A stretch of DNA of 64,000 bases from an uncultured Actinomycetes bacterium (GCA_963800415.1 CAWDBS010000083.1:210-64209); one strand, 5' to 3'; positions 21,813 through 31,802 are shown, counted from the first letter of the stretch. The notes: generated by a model not told the origin, from the sequence alone. Translations and numbers: made by a program.

Positions 21813-23093
21813 TTACTTCAGCAGCAGCACCAGCGCGCTGCCGATAAGCGCGGCGATGACGATGACCACCAGAAGTCGCACCGGGAAAAGCCGGTCCTGG
21901 CGGCGATCCTTGTCGCTGACAGGCGCTTTCGCGGTGGACCCAGATGCGCTGAGCGGCTGAGCCGAGGCAGCGGCGGTCGCGCTCCGGTTAGCGGGTTCCG
22001 CAGCCGCGGGCGTGGCGGCGTCGGCCGGGGTGGGCCAGGACGCCCGCGTGATCGTCGGCTCCTCTGCCCGTGGCGCCGCGGCGGGCATCCGCAGGTCGGC
22101 CAGGGCCGGAGGAGTCGGCTTGGCCCAGAAGTCCGTACGTTCCTGTGACGTCACCCCATCGGCCTGGTAGCGCGGGATCTGCTCGGGGACGTCGGCCGGC
22201 TCGGCGGCTGATCCGGTCTCCGCCGCCCCGGACCAGCTGAAGTCGCTGTCGGCCGGCTCCGCGGTCCTGCCGTTGTCGGTCTGCTCCGGCCACGTCAGCT
22301 CGCTGGCGGCGGCCCGGGTTTCCGGCGTGGTCTCTTGCGGCCAGGAGAACTCCTCGGCCGGAGCCGGTTCGGCAGGCTCAGCGGCATCGGGGATGCTGGT
22401 GAACGCGGCGTCGAACGGCCCGCGGGTGCCGTGCTTGGCCGAGTGATTCCCGTTAGCCGACGTGACGCCTGGGTCGGGGACCACGTCCCAGCTCGAGTTG
22501 GCCCCCCAGCGGTCCGGATTGGTGCCGGGATGGCCGGACAGGCCCTGAGCCGGTCTCTCCATGTCGGTGGCGCTCGCGGCCGGGACCGAGAGATCCGTGT
22601 CGTTGGCTCTTCGCCCGGCCTGGTCCGAACGCGCCTTACCCCGGAGCGCGGCCCTGATCCGCTCCGGGTCGTAGACATCGGGAGGCGCGACGCCGACGCC
22701 CGCGCGGGCACCGGCCACGGCGGCCGCGCTAGCCCCGGCGGGCCTGACGGGGAGGTCCGGGTCTTCCGGTAGCTCGGGGTTGAGCCGCCGCCACCGTTCC
22801 TCCCAGTCCAGGACGTCCCCCTCGCAGGCACGGACGTACGCCGTGAGAATGGGTAGGCCAGGCAGGTAGGGGCCGTTCTCGGCTTCTTTCAGGATGCCGC
22901 TCGGGTAGTGTGCCCGGGCCGCCAGCTCGTCGTACCCGATCGCGGCGGAGTCGCGCAGCGCGCGCAGGTCAGCTAGGAACCGTGCCTGATCGTCGCCAGG
23001 TCCGGCCGACCATGTTCCCCGGATTTGCAACTGGGCACCTTCCCGTTGGATCCGCATGGGCTTAGGCACCACCCCACGCCCGCACCTCATCAC
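21813..23093 (-). CDS. helix-turn-helix protein with disordered linker and C-terminal transmembrane anchor (paralogue of the 18375 gene's HTH domain)
   Basis: The N-terminal region reads DDQARFLADLRALRDSAAIGYDELAARAHYPSGILKEAENGPYLPGLPILTAYVRACEGDVLDWEERW. The C-terminal region is RLLVVIVIAALIGSALVLLLK. An alternative start at ATG 23057 has a better Shine-Dalgarno sequence. Confidence 0.7.
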   Translation of the reverse strand: MMRCGRGVVPKPMRIQREGAQLQIRGTWSAGPGDDQARFLADLRALRDSAAIGYDELAARAHYPSGILKEAENGPYLPGLPILTAYVRACEGDVLDWEERWRRLNPELPEDPDLPVRPAGASAAAVAGARAGVGVAPPDVYDPERIRAALRGKARSDQAGRRANDTDLSVPAASATDMERPAQGLSGHPGTNPDRWGANSSWDVVPDPGVTSANGNHSAKHGTRGPFDAAFTSIPDAAEPAEPAPAEEFSWPQETTPETRAAASELTWPEQTDNGRTAEPADSDFSWSGAAETGSAAEPADVPEQIPRYQADGVTSQERTDFWAKPTPPALADLRMPAAAPRAEEPTITRASWPTPADAATPAAAEPANRSATAAASAQPLSASGSTAKAPVSDKDRRQDRLFPVRLLVVIVIAALIGSALVLLLK

Positions 23094-23421
23094 CTGGGAT
23101 TACCGGGCAGGGTACCGCGCCAGCAGCCGCTACGTCGCTGATACCACGCATTTCCTGTTAAGTGTCTCTCGCCAGGCCCGCAAGCGTGCCAGAATCACGC
23201 ATCCGAGCCCATCTTGTGCCCGGCGATCCGCTTAACCCGCGTACCGCCCGGATCGCGATCGGTGGTCCGCCGCTTCCGCCGGTACCGCCGTTCCCGTGCG
23301 TGCCATCCTGCCACTTACGTACCGTATCGGGAGAGATTTCCGGGGTGGATCATGCTGCCGGTTCCGGATGCGGCGACAGGTGTTCGTGCACGGCGGCCCA
23401 GCGGCAAGGACCTCGTCGTGC

Positions 23422-24411
23422 TCATGATGCAGCCTTCCTCGCCGCGAGCGCGGACAGCAGCTCATAGCCGACGTGCGCGGCGGCGATTCCGGTGATCTGG
23501 GCGTGATCGTAGGCGGGCGCGACCTCTACGATGTCTGCGCCGATAAGGTTCAGGCGGGAGAATGATCGCAGCGTGGCCAGCAGTTCCCGGCTGGACAGGC
23601 CGCCCGCCTCCGGGGTGCCGGTACCGGGAGCGTGCGCCGGGTCGAGCACGTCGATGTCGACCGAGACGTACACCGGCCGGTCGCCGACCCGCTGCTGTAT
23701 GCGTTCCACCATGCCGGCCACGCCGAGCTGGTCCACGTCGGGCGCCGATATCACCTGGAAACCCAGGTCGGTGTCCTGGGTGAGGTCGCTGCCGGTGTAC
23801 AGGGGGCCGCGGATCCCGGCGTGCAGGCACCCGGTCCGGTCCAGGAGGCCTTCCTCGGACGCGCGGCGGAACGGAGTGCCGTGGGTGTAGGGGGCGCCGA
23901 AGTAGGTGTCCCAGGTGTCCAGGTGCGCGTCGAAGTGGACGACCGCCACCGGGCCGTGTACCGCCGACAGGGCCCGGAGCATCGGCAGCGCCACGGTGTG
24001 GTCGCCGCCCAGGGTCAGCACGAACCGTGTGCGCTCCAGCAGGGCGCGTGCGCCCCGCTCGATGGTGGCGATCGCATCGTCGATGCTGAACGGGTTGACC
24101 GCGAGATCCCCCGCGTCGGCCACCTGCTGGGCGGCGAACGGCGATACCTGCAGGGCCGGGTTGTAGGGCCGGAGCAGGCGGGATGATTCCCGGATGTGGG
24201 ACGGTCCGAACCGGGCGCCCGGCCGGTAGCTGACCCCGCTGTCAAAGGGCACGCCCAGCACGGCAACATCGGCCTGTGTCACCTCATCGATGCGCGGCAG
24301 CCGGGCGAAGGTGGCCTCCCCGGCGTAGCGGGGTACCACGGTGGCGTCCACCGGCCCGACAGTGTCACCGGCGATGACCCGCGGGACAGGCCCGGTCATG
24401 TCATTCCCCAT
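23422..24411 (-). CDS. agmatinase / guanidino-acid hydrolase (ureohydrolase family)
   Basis: The manganese-binding motifs [16 protein letters not shown] and [19 protein letters not shown] are present. An alternative start at ATG 24399 would remove the overlap with the permease stop. Confidence 0.85.
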   Translation of the reverse strand: MGNDMTGPVPRVIAGDTVGPVDATVVPRYAGEATFARLPRIDEVTQADVAVLGVPFDSGVSYRPGARFGPSHIRESSRLLRPYNPALQVSPFAAQQVADAGDLAVNPFSIDDAIATIERGARALLERTRFVLTLGGDHTVALPMLRALSAVHGPVAVVHFDAHLDTWDTYFGAPYTHGTPFRRASEEGLLDRTGCLHAGIRGPLYTGSDLTQDTDLGFQVISAPDVDQLGVAGMVERIQQRVGDRPVYVSVDIDVLDPAHAPGTGTPEAGGLSSRELLATLRSFSRLNLIGADIVEVAPAYDHAQITGIAAAHVGYELLSALAARKAAS

Positions 24412-25951
24412 CCCGGGGTGCCTGCGCGTCTGTGTGGCCTGACCCAGCGGTTGCCGCGGTCTCGGCGGCGACGTCGATGGCCTGTAGTTCCCGCTCGCTG
24501 GCGTCGATGGCGGACTGCTCGGCCGTCCGGTCGAGCGAGCGTGACAGCAGCAGGTACACCAGGCCGGAGATCACCAGGCCGACGAGCCAGGCGTAGTCCA
24601 CGCCGTTGGTCAGGTGTCTCGGGAAGTAGCCCGTGTAGGAGAAGCCGGCGATCGGCGGGAGCACCATGAACGGGATCTCGGCGGCAAAGCCGACGAAATA
24701 AGCTGTCAGGCCGCGCCAGCCCCACGCGCCGTAGACGCCGTTGGCGCGGAAGATGTCGGTGATCGCGTAGTGCCCGCGGCGGACGAAGAAGTAGTCGACC
24801 AGGTTGAGCGCGGTCCACGGCACGAGCAGGTACAGCATCAGCGTCAGCGAGTCGAGGACGGCGGACACGGCGCTGGTACTGGAGGAAAGGCTTGCCCCGA
24901 TCACGTACCACACGATGGCCAGCGCGATGACCGTCACGGCGCGCAACGCCCGGCTGGTCTTGATCGTCTTGAACGAGTCGATCCCGGTCAGCACGGTCAG
25001 CATTCCCCCGTAGGCGTTCATGCCCATCGTGGCCAGCAGCGCCGTCGCTGACAGGACCGCCGTGATCGACCCGAGCGGCGCGACCACGTTGTCCCCGACG
25101 ACCTGCAATCCGACGAGACCGTCGTTGATGCCGAGGCGGGTGGCGAGCCATGCGCCCAGGGCGATCAGCCAGATCGCCGAGGTCGAGGCGCCGAAGAACA
25201 CGGCGGCGATGATCCCGCGGGCCGGCGTCTTACGCGGCATGTAACGCGAGTAGTCCGAGACGTACGGCGCGTAGGTGATGTTGTAGGCGGCGGCCACCGA
25301 GAACTGCGCCATGAACGCCGCGAAGAGGAAGCCGGCCGGGTGGTGGGGTGCGTGCCCGCCGGCGTGCCCGATGAGGATGGCGACCGAGATGATCGCGTAG
25401 CACGGGAACGAGATGACCAGCAGGAACCGGAAGACCCGATGCACCCAGTCGTAGCCGAAGATGGCCAGCAGCGCCGCGAGCACCGCGGTGCCGGCCGCCA
25501 CCAGGTGGGCGTTCCAGCCGAATGCGCCGTGCAGCCCGGTGCTCATCAGCACCTGGTCGGCGACGTTGAAGGCCATATAGGTGAACAGCACGGCGAATAG
25601 CGCGACCACCACGCCGCGGTAGCCGAGCTGCGCCCGGGTCTGGATCATCTGCGGCAGGCCGAACACCGGGCCCTGGGTGGCGTGGAAGGCCATGAACAGC
25701 GTGCCGAACCAGATGCCCAGCGCGCCGGCCAGGATCGACCAGCCCAGCGACAAGCCCAGCGCCGGGCCGACGAAGCCGATCGGGATCGTGAAGTACTGGA
25801 AGTTCCCCAGGAACCACAGCATGATCTGCTGCCAGACCTTGCCGTGCCGCTCGGTGTCCGGGATCCAGTCGATCGAGTGCACCTCGATCTGGCCGAGCAG
25901 CCCGCGCTCTTGTTCTTCCTCGACCGTGGGCTCCCTGGACTGTGTGGCCAT
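24401..25951 (-). CDS. NCS1 family (purine-cytosine/hydantoin-type) permease
   Basis: There are about 12 hydrophobic segments and NCS1-like N-terminal motifs ([29 protein letters not shown]). The start at ATG 25951 is preceded by GGGAGA. Confidence 0.8.
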   Translation of the reverse strand: MATQSREPTVEEEQERGLLGQIEVHSIDWIPDTERHGKVWQQIMLWFLGNFQYFTIPIGFVGPALGLSLGWSILAGALGIWFGTLFMAFHATQGPVFGLPQMIQTRAQLGYRGVVVALFAVLFTYMAFNVADQVLMSTGLHGAFGWNAHLVAAGTAVLAALLAIFGYDWVHRVFRFLLVISFPCYAIISVAILIGHAGGHAPHHPAGFLFAAFMAQFSVAAAYNITYAPYVSDYSRYMPRKTPARGIIAAVFFGASTSAIWLIALGAWLATRLGINDGLVGLQVVGDNVVAPLGSITAVLSATALLATMGMNAYGGMLTVLTGIDSFKTIKTSRALRAVTVIALAIVWYVIGASLSSSTSAVSAVLDSLTLMLYLLVPWTALNLVDYFFVRRGHYAITDIFRANGVYGAWGWRGLTAYFVGFAAEIPFMVLPPIAGFSYTGYFPRHLTNGVDYAWLVGLVISGLVYLLLSRSLDRTAEQSAIDASERELQAIDVAAETAATAGSGHTDAQAPRDGE

Positions 25952-26023
25952 GGCTGTCTCCCTGCTAGATGTGACCTGCCTCACGAGCTATAGTCTCTAA
26001 GTGTTTCCTAACAGTCAACCTTT

Positions 26024-26052
26024 GTTTCATAAATATTCCTGTAGTTTCATAA
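26024..26052. promoter_or_regulatory. direct repeat GTTTCATAA x2 spaced 20 bp apart in the divergent promoter region (candidate operator)
   Basis: Copies lie at 26024-26032 and 26044-26052, in the AT-rich gap between the permease (minus strand) and the XRE/cupin regulator (plus strand). Confidence 0.3.
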
Positions 26053-26102
26053 CTGGCAGCGGGTCTCGGGGCTCCGTGCCCCAGGACCGGGGAGGAGGAC
26101 TG

Positions 26103-26795
26103 ATGCCCAGCTCCAGCAGCCGGAGCAGCATTCCGGATGCGGTACCTGACGGCACGCGCATCGGCGCGCAGCTGAAGGCGGCCAGGCTCGCCGCCCGCAA
26201 GACCATGGCCGATGTGGCCGAGCAGGCCGGGCTGACCAAGGGATTCGTGTCCAAGCTTGAGCGGGATCTGGCGAACGTCTCGGTGGCCGCGCTCATCCGG
26301 CTCTGCGAGGCACTGGACGTCTCCGTCGGCTCCCTGTTCGAGGCCTCAATCGGGGAGGTGGTCCGGCGCGACGCCCGCCCGCCCATCAACTTCGGCGGCA
26401 GCCGGGTTAAGGAGTACCTGCTCACGCCGTCCGGCGAGAAACGAGTGCAAGCCATCCTCAGCGACATCGAGCCGGGGGGCGGCAGCGGTGACGAGCCCTA
26501 CTCGCTGCCGGCCGACGTGGAGTTCGTGTTCGTCCTGGCCGGCCAGCTGCAGATCACCGTCGCCGGGGAGCAGATCATCCTCGAACAGGGTGATGCCTTC
26601 ACCTTCCCGGCCAGCACCCAGCACACTTTCCGGGTGGCCCCGTCAGCTGACCGCGCCCAGGTGCTCTGGATGTTCTCGCCCGCCCTGCCCGACACCGGCC
26701 CCGGCGTGCAGCGGCCAGCCAGCCGGTCCCGCGCCAGGGAACGGGATGACGATGGCGGCGGACATGAACCGCGAAAGCTGGCCAGCCCCGGTTAG
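26103..26795 (+). CDS. XRE-family HTH transcriptional regulator with C-terminal cupin domain (PuuR-like architecture)
   Basis: The HTH region is IGAQLKAARLAARKTMADVAEQAGLTKGFVSKLERD. The cupin region is FVFVLAGQLQITVAGEQIILEQGDAFTFPASTQHTF. Confidence 0.8.
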   Translation: MPSSSSRSSIPDAVPDGTRIGAQLKAARLAARKTMADVAEQAGLTKGFVSKLERDLANVSVAALIRLCEALDVSVGSLFEASIGEVVRRDARPPINFGGSRVKEYLLTPSGEKRVQAILSDIEPGGGSGDEPYSLPADVEFVFVLAGQLQITVAGEQIILEQGDAFTFPASTQHTFRVAPSADRAQVLWMFSPALPDTGPGVQRPASRSRARERDDDGGGHEPRKLASPG

Positions 26796-26860
26796 CCATC
26801 GGCTCGCCTACCGGTGTCCCATAAGGGCCCCGGCAGTCCCGGCCGGGTCTTCGCGCGCCG

Positions 26861-26947
26861 GCCGAGACCGTCGCGGCCAGACCGTCGCGGCCAGACCGTC
26901 GCGGCCACGCCGACCCGGCCGCGACCGGTGCGCCCGCGACCGGTGCG
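26861..26947. repeat. 14-15-bp tandem repeats in the convergent intergenic region 3' of menA
   Basis: GCC(G)AGACCGTCGCG occurs three times (26861, 26876, 26890), followed by related units G/CCCGCGACCGGTGCG twice (26918, 26933). Confidence 0.8.
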
Positions 26948-26968
26948 GTCCAGGCCGGCCGAGGCCAC

Positions 26969-27841
26969 TCAGAGGCGGATGGCCAAGCCGATCGTGAACG
27001 CGATGCCGAACGCCAGCTGCAGCCGCCCCGTCTGGCCGAGCGTCTTGATCAGCGCGGGACCCGACGCCCCGGCCCGCACCGAACGGATGGGCAGCCGCGC
27101 CAGCGGCAGCGCCAGCGCGGTGATCAGCGTGAGCGGCCGGGTGAAGGCGAGCAGCGCAGCGACGCCGAACGGCACGAGCAACGTCAGCACGTACGTCACG
27201 CGACTGCGCGCGTCACCGAGCATGACCGCGAGCGTGCGCTTGCCCGCCAGCGTGTCGGTGCCGATATCACGCAGGTTGTTGACCATCAGCAGGGCGCAGG
27301 CGAGCAGCCCGGCGGGCACCGAAGCGGCCAGGCCGAGCCAGCTGAACGACGACATCTGCACGTACGCGGTACCCGCCACGGCCACCACGCCGAAGAAGGC
27401 GAACACGAAGACCTCGCCGAGCCCGTTGTACCCGTAGGGCCGCGGCCCGCCGGTGTAGAACCAGGCGGCGGCGATGCTGGCCGCGCCGACGGCCACCAGC
27501 CACCAGGACGTCACGGCGGCCAGCGTCAGCCCGGCCAGGGCGGCCACGGCGAAGCACCCGAAGGCCGCCCCGAGCACCTGGCGCGGCGGTGCGAGCCCGG
27601 CGGCGACCAGCCGGACCGGCCCGACCCGCCGCTCGTCCGAGCCGCGCACGCCGTCGCTGTAGTCGTTGGCGAAGTTGACGCCGACCTGCAGCGCCAGCGC
27701 CACCACGAGAGCGAGCAGCGCCCGCCACCAGGAGAACCTGCCGTAGCCGAAGGCCACGCCCGAGCCGATCAGCACCGGCACCACCGCCGCGGGCAGCGTC
27801 CTGGGTCGTGTTCCCGCCAGCCATTCCCGAGCTTCAGCCAC
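26969..27841 (-). CDS. menA: 1,4-dihydroxy-2-naphthoate polyprenyltransferase
   Basis: UbiA-family motifs are present (LQVGVNFANDYSDGVRGSDE) along with 8-9 transmembrane segments. The start is GTG at 27841. Confidence 0.88.
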   Translation of the reverse strand: MAEAREWLAGTRPRTLPAAVVPVLIGSGVAFGYGRFSWWRALLALVVALALQVGVNFANDYSDGVRGSDERRVGPVRLVAAGLAPPRQVLGAAFGCFAVAALAGLTLAAVTSWWLVAVGAASIAAAWFYTGGPRPYGYNGLGEVFVFAFFGVVAVAGTAYVQMSSFSWLGLAASVPAGLLACALLMVNNLRDIGTDTLAGKRTLAVMLGDARSRVTYVLTLLVPFGVAALLAFTRPLTLITALALPLARLPIRSVRAGASGPALIKTLGQTGRLQLAFGIAFTIGLAIRL

Positions 27842-27892
27842 GCACAGATCCTAGGCCAGCACCGATCCTAGGCCAGCACAGATCCTAGGCCA
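27842..27892. repeat. 3 x 17-bp tandem repeat abutting the menA start codon
   Basis: GCAC(A/C)GATCCTAGGCCA occurs at 27842, 27859 and 27876. Each unit contains the palindrome CCTAGG and, on the menA strand, an AGGA Shine-Dalgarno-like core. Confidence 0.85.
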
Positions 27893-27898
27893 GCCGCC

Positions 27899-28471
27899 TT
27901 ATTCACTGATGACCGTGTGCAGGCGCACCACCCGCACGCTCGTGCCCACGTCAAGCTCGCCCCGGGCGCCGTCGGCGGCCCAGCCGGACGACTCCAGGAA
28001 GCGGCGCAACTCCGCGTCCGCCTCGAGCGCCCACATCGACATGGTGTGGAAGCCATCCTCGGCGAGCGTGTCCGCCACCGCGTGCAGCAGCCGGCTGCCG
28101 TGCCCGAGCCCAGTCCGTTCGGGCGAAACCCGCAGCTCATATACCTCCCCGTCGGTGCCAGGCCAGCGGTCCGCGTCGCTGGCGGGCCCGGCCGAGACGA
28201 AACCGGCCACCTCGCGGGACGGCGCCCCCTCCACCGCGGCCAGCACGTGATGCCTGCTCGTCGGCGGGTTCGTGATGGCCTCCCGCCAGCGGTCCCGGAA
28301 CACCACCTCGGCCTCGTCGCCGGTCAGCTCGGCCAGCAGCGCGGGCGGCACGATCCCGGCGAAGCCGCAGCGCCACGAGGCGACCTGGACGCGGGCCAGG
28401 CCGACGGCGTCGCCCGGGCGGGCCGGGCGCACGAAACCCGCGGTCAGGTCGGGCGGCGAAGCTGGGCTCAC
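27899..28471 (-). CDS. GNAT family N-acetyltransferase
   Basis: An acetyl-CoA binding region ([19 protein letters not shown]) is present. The GTG start overlaps the ilvD stop (GTGA). Confidence 0.75.
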   Translation of the reverse strand: MSPASPPDLTAGFVRPARPGDAVGLARVQVASWRCGFAGIVPPALLAELTGDEAEVVFRDRWREAITNPPTSRHHVLAAVEGAPSREVAGFVSAGPASDADRWPGTDGEVYELRVSPERTGLGHGSRLLHAVADTLAEDGFHTMSMWALEADAELRRFLESSGWAADGARGELDVGTSVRVVRLHTVISE

Positions 28472-30321
28472 TTGTCCGGGTGGGCGATGAGCGTGATGTC
28501 GCGGGCCGCGCCGGTCGAGGCCGACGTGGCCATCGCGGCGTAGACCTGCAGCGCGGCACTGACCGGGCGCTGCCGGTCCGCGGGCCGGTACGAGCCGAGG
28601 GAGGCCAGCATCCGGTCCAGCCGGGCCGCCAACGCCGAATCAGGCACGTCCAGCCGCAGCTCGCGGCGCGGGATGTCGATCACCACGGTGTCGCCGCTGG
28701 CGGCCAGCGCGATAGCCCCGCCCGCGGCCGCTTCCGGCGCGACGTGGCAGATCGACAGGCCCGAGGTCCCGCCGGAGAACCGCCCGTCGGTGATCAGCGC
28801 GCAGGCCCGGCCCAGCCCCTTGCCCTTGAGGAAGCTGGTCGGGTACAGCATCTCCTGCATCCCGGGCCCGCCCCGCGGGCCCTCGTAGCGGATGACCACC
28901 ACGTCGCCGGCGCTGACCGCGCCGCCGAGGATGCCCGCGACCGCGTCTTCCTGGCTCTCGAACACCACCGCTGGCCCGGAGAACGTCCACAGCTCCTCCG
29001 GCACGCCCGCGGTCTTGACGATGGCGCCGTCCGGAGCCAGGTTCCCGTACAGCACGGCCAGCCCGCCGTCCGCGGTGTAGGCGTGCTCGACGTCCCGGAT
29101 GCAGCCGGCCACCCGGTCCGTGTCCAGCGTGTCCCAGCGGGCCGACTGCGAGTACGGCCGGGTGGTACGGACCCCGCCGGGCGCGCCGTGGTACAGCTCG
29201 ATGGCCTCCGCGCTGACGGAGGAAGAACACAGATCCCACCGGTCAAGGAACTCGCGCAGGGAAGAACTGTGCACGGTGCGCACGCCGCGGTTCAGCAGCC
29301 CGGCGCGGTCCAGCTCGCCCAGGATCGACGGGATGCCGCCGGCCCGGTGCACGTCCTCCAGGTGGTAGGAGCTGCTCGGCGCGACCTTGCACAGGCAGGG
29401 CACCCGCCGGGACAGTTCGTCGATGTCCTTCAGGCCGAAGTTGACGCCGCCTTCGTGCGCCGCGGCGAGCAGGTGCAGGATCGTGTTGGTCGACCCGCCC
29501 ATGGCCACGTCGAGCGTCATCGCGTTCTCGAACGCGTCCCGGTTCGCGATCGCCCTGGGCAGCACCGAGGAGTCCCCGCCGGCGTAGTACTGCCGGGTGA
29601 TCTCGGCGATCAGCGACCCGGCCCGCTCGAACAGGCCGCGCCGGTCCGCGTGGGTGGCCAGCGTGCTCCCGTTGCCCGGCAGGGCCAGGCCGATCGCCTC
29701 GGTCAGGCAGTTCATCGAGTTCGCGGTGAACATGCCCGAGCAGGACCCGCACGTCGGGCAGGCGGACTCCTCCATCTCGAGCAGCTGCTCGTCGGACACC
29801 GAGGGGTCGGCCGAGGCCACCATCGAGTCGATCAGGTCCAGCTTCCGGCCGGCCAGGCCAGCAGGCGCGCCGGCTTCCATCGGGCCGCCGGACACGAACA
29901 CGGTGGGGATGTTCAGCCGCATGGTGGCGATCAGCATGCCCGGCGTGATCTTGTCGCAGTTCGAGATGCAGATCATGGCGTCGGCGCAGTGCGCGTTCAC
30001 CATGTACTCCACCGAGTCGGCGATCAGCTCCCTGCTGGGCAGCGAGTACAGCATGCCGCCGTGGCCCATGGCGATGCCGTCGTCCACCGCGATCGTGTTG
30101 AACTCACGCGGGATCGCCCCGGCCGCCCGGATCGCGTCCGCGACCACCTGGCCGACCTCGCGCAGGTGCACGTGGCCGGGGACGAACTCGGTGAAGCTGT
30201 TCGCTACCGCGATGATCGGTTTGCCGATGTCTTCCCTGGCTACTCCCGTGGCGCGCAGCAGGGCGCGCGCGCCTGCCATGTTCCTGCCGTGCGTGACCGT
30301 CCGGGACCGAAGCGGCGGCAT
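28468..30321 (-). CDS. ilvD: dihydroxy-acid dehydratase
   Basis: The motifs [27 protein letters not shown] and [11 protein letters not shown] are present in an intact 617-aa ORF. Confidence 0.95.
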   Translation of the reverse strand: MPPLRSRTVTHGRNMAGARALLRATGVAREDIGKPIIAVANSFTEFVPGHVHLREVGQVVADAIRAAGAIPREFNTIAVDDGIAMGHGGMLYSLPSRELIADSVEYMVNAHCADAMICISNCDKITPGMLIATMRLNIPTVFVSGGPMEAGAPAGLAGRKLDLIDSMVASADPSVSDEQLLEMEESACPTCGSCSGMFTANSMNCLTEAIGLALPGNGSTLATHADRRGLFERAGSLIAEITRQYYAGGDSSVLPRAIANRDAFENAMTLDVAMGGSTNTILHLLAAAHEGGVNFGLKDIDELSRRVPCLCKVAPSSSYHLEDVHRAGGIPSILGELDRAGLLNRGVRTVHSSSLREFLDRWDLCSSSVSAEAIELYHGAPGGVRTTRPYSQSARWDTLDTDRVAGCIRDVEHAYTADGGLAVLYGNLAPDGAIVKTAGVPEELWTFSGPAVVFESQEDAVAGILGGAVSAGDVVVIRYEGPRGGPGMQEMLYPTSFLKGKGLGRACALITDGRFSGGTSGLSICHVAPEAAAGGAIALAASGDTVVIDIPRRELRLDVPDSALAARLDRMLASLGSYRPADRQRPVSAALQVYAAMATSASTGAARDITLIAHPDK

Positions 30322-30330
30322 ACCGATCTC

Positions 30331-30374
30331 CCTCAGCGTGTGCTGGCTAGCCCCTCAGCGTGTGCTGGCTAGCA
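30331..30374. repeat. 2 x 22-bp perfect-core tandem duplication 10 nt upstream of the ilvD start
   Basis: CCTCAGCGTGTGCTGGCTAGC(C/A) occurs at 30331-30352 and 30353-30374. On the ilvD strand each unit ends in CTGAGGG, which resembles a Shine-Dalgarno sequence. Confidence 0.85.
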
Positions 30375-30406
30375 GAGCACCAGCCTACCGGGGCGCAAGA
30401 GCCCTA

Positions 30407-31645
30407 TCAGCTCGCCGGGGAACCCGAGTTGAGATGCGGGAACGCCTTGTTCGCGGCCTCGTAGATCCGCTCGATCTCGTCGTGGCTCAGCGACCGGATG
30501 TCGGTTTGCCTGGCCCGGCGGCGCAGGTACTTGCGCAGCCGCGGGCCGCTGAATACGTCGACCTCCCGGATGGTGGCCACGTCCCACGGGATCTTCGGCC
30601 CGTAGACCGCCATCGCCGGGCGGACCGCGACCGGCTTGCCCACCTCGCCGGAGAGCAGGTCGGCGGCCCGCTGGGCTTCCCACTGCGCGTGCTCGAGCCG
30701 GTCCTTCTTGCTGAACGGACCGTGCCACAGCTGCCGGCCGTTCTTCGTCCGGACCACCAGATGCTTGTCCCAGGCCTCCGAGTCGATGGCGAAGACACCC
30801 GCCGGCCCGACCACCAGGTGGTCGATCTGGTCCTCGCTGCCCGGGATGGCGCTGGCGTGGATGGCGCGGTAACCCGCGCGGCCGAGCTTGGCCAGCTGCC
30901 TGCGGGTGTGGCGCTGTGCGCCGGTCATCCGCACCTTGCCGGAATAACCCCGCCGGGATCGGTAGATGGTGTCGGCGATGATCACGACGACGGCGAGCGT
31001 CAGCCCGAACTGCCAGGAGATCAGGATCGAGAACGCCACCATGACGAGGACCGCCACGATGATCCGCCACCGCCAGACACGCATCCTCGGGTTCGCGGAC
31101 AGGTGCGCCAGGTTGCCCCGGCGCTGGCCGATGCCGGGCGGCTGCGTCCCGTTGGCTCCCGTGATCTCCTCGACCGGAGTGACCACGGGCTTCAACTCGG
31201 CCCTGGGCGGGTCCGCCGCCCCGGCGGGGTCGTCCCCGAGGCCGGATGATGACACGTCCTCGACGACCTTCTCCCACCGGAACCCGTCACCGGGATCGTG
31301 GGACTCGCCCGTGTCCTCAGGCCCCGTGTCCTCAGGGAGGACCCAGTCCCACAACGGCAGGTCGCCCGGAGCAACCTCGCCCGAAGCGACGTCCGCCGCC
31401 GCGACCTCGGGTCCCGGAACCTCGGCCGCCGCTACCTCGTCGTCGGCCTGCCCCGGCCAGGTGTCCGGTGTCACCGGCGTCACCACCGCGTCCGGTACCG
31501 GGTCCGCCGGCCCGCGGGCCGAACCTCCCGATGCACCCTCAGGTACGTTTCCCTGCGACCGTGCCCCGTTGTGTGCTGCCCCGCTGCGATTGCTTGCCGT
31601 CATCAGCGGCCCTGATGACTTATTTCTCAGCTTCGGCCACGCCAT
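30407..31645 (-). CDS. NERD domain-containing membrane protein
   Basis: A disordered acidic N-terminal region and two transmembrane helices (IIVAVLVMVAFSILISWQFGLTLAVVVIIA) are followed by a NERD-like region (HLVVGPAGVFAIDSEAWDKHLVVRT...). Confidence 0.7.
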   Translation of the reverse strand: MAWPKLRNKSSGPLMTASNRSGAAHNGARSQGNVPEGASGGSARGPADPVPDAVVTPVTPDTWPGQADDEVAAAEVPGPEVAAADVASGEVAPGDLPLWDWVLPEDTGPEDTGESHDPGDGFRWEKVVEDVSSSGLGDDPAGAADPPRAELKPVVTPVEEITGANGTQPPGIGQRRGNLAHLSANPRMRVWRWRIIVAVLVMVAFSILISWQFGLTLAVVVIIADTIYRSRRGYSGKVRMTGAQRHTRRQLAKLGRAGYRAIHASAIPGSEDQIDHLVVGPAGVFAIDSEAWDKHLVVRTKNGRQLWHGPFSKKDRLEHAQWEAQRAADLLSGEVGKPVAVRPAMAVYGPKIPWDVATIREVDVFSGPRLRKYLRRRARQTDIRSLSHDEIERIYEAANKAFPHLNSGSPAS

Positions 31646-31802
31646 CCGGTATCACCCACCACCTCAGCGTAATTGCCTTAGGACTCTGCGCATAGCACCG
31701 TCACTACGACGATTGTGCCCTACTCCGGCTGGTTTTATAGCTGGACATTCGGCCCGATACCACGCTAAACGCCTGGGCTTCACGTGGTCTACGATCCCTA
31801 AC

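Noticed and set aside
23094-23421. ORFs 23162..23467, 23214..23495 (+) and 23232..23465 (-) in the 330-bp gap upstream of the HTH/transmembrane gene.
   Set aside because: They overlap each other and have Arg/Pro-rich translations, poor codon bias and no motifs. The gap is more likely a promoter or UTR region.
26861-30374. Possible CRISPR arrays, suggested by the short tandem repeats at 26861-26947, 27842-27892 and 30331-30374.
   Set aside because: The repeats are contiguous with no unique spacers. The units are only 14-22 bp with 2-5 copies, and no cas genes are present. They are simple tandem duplications.
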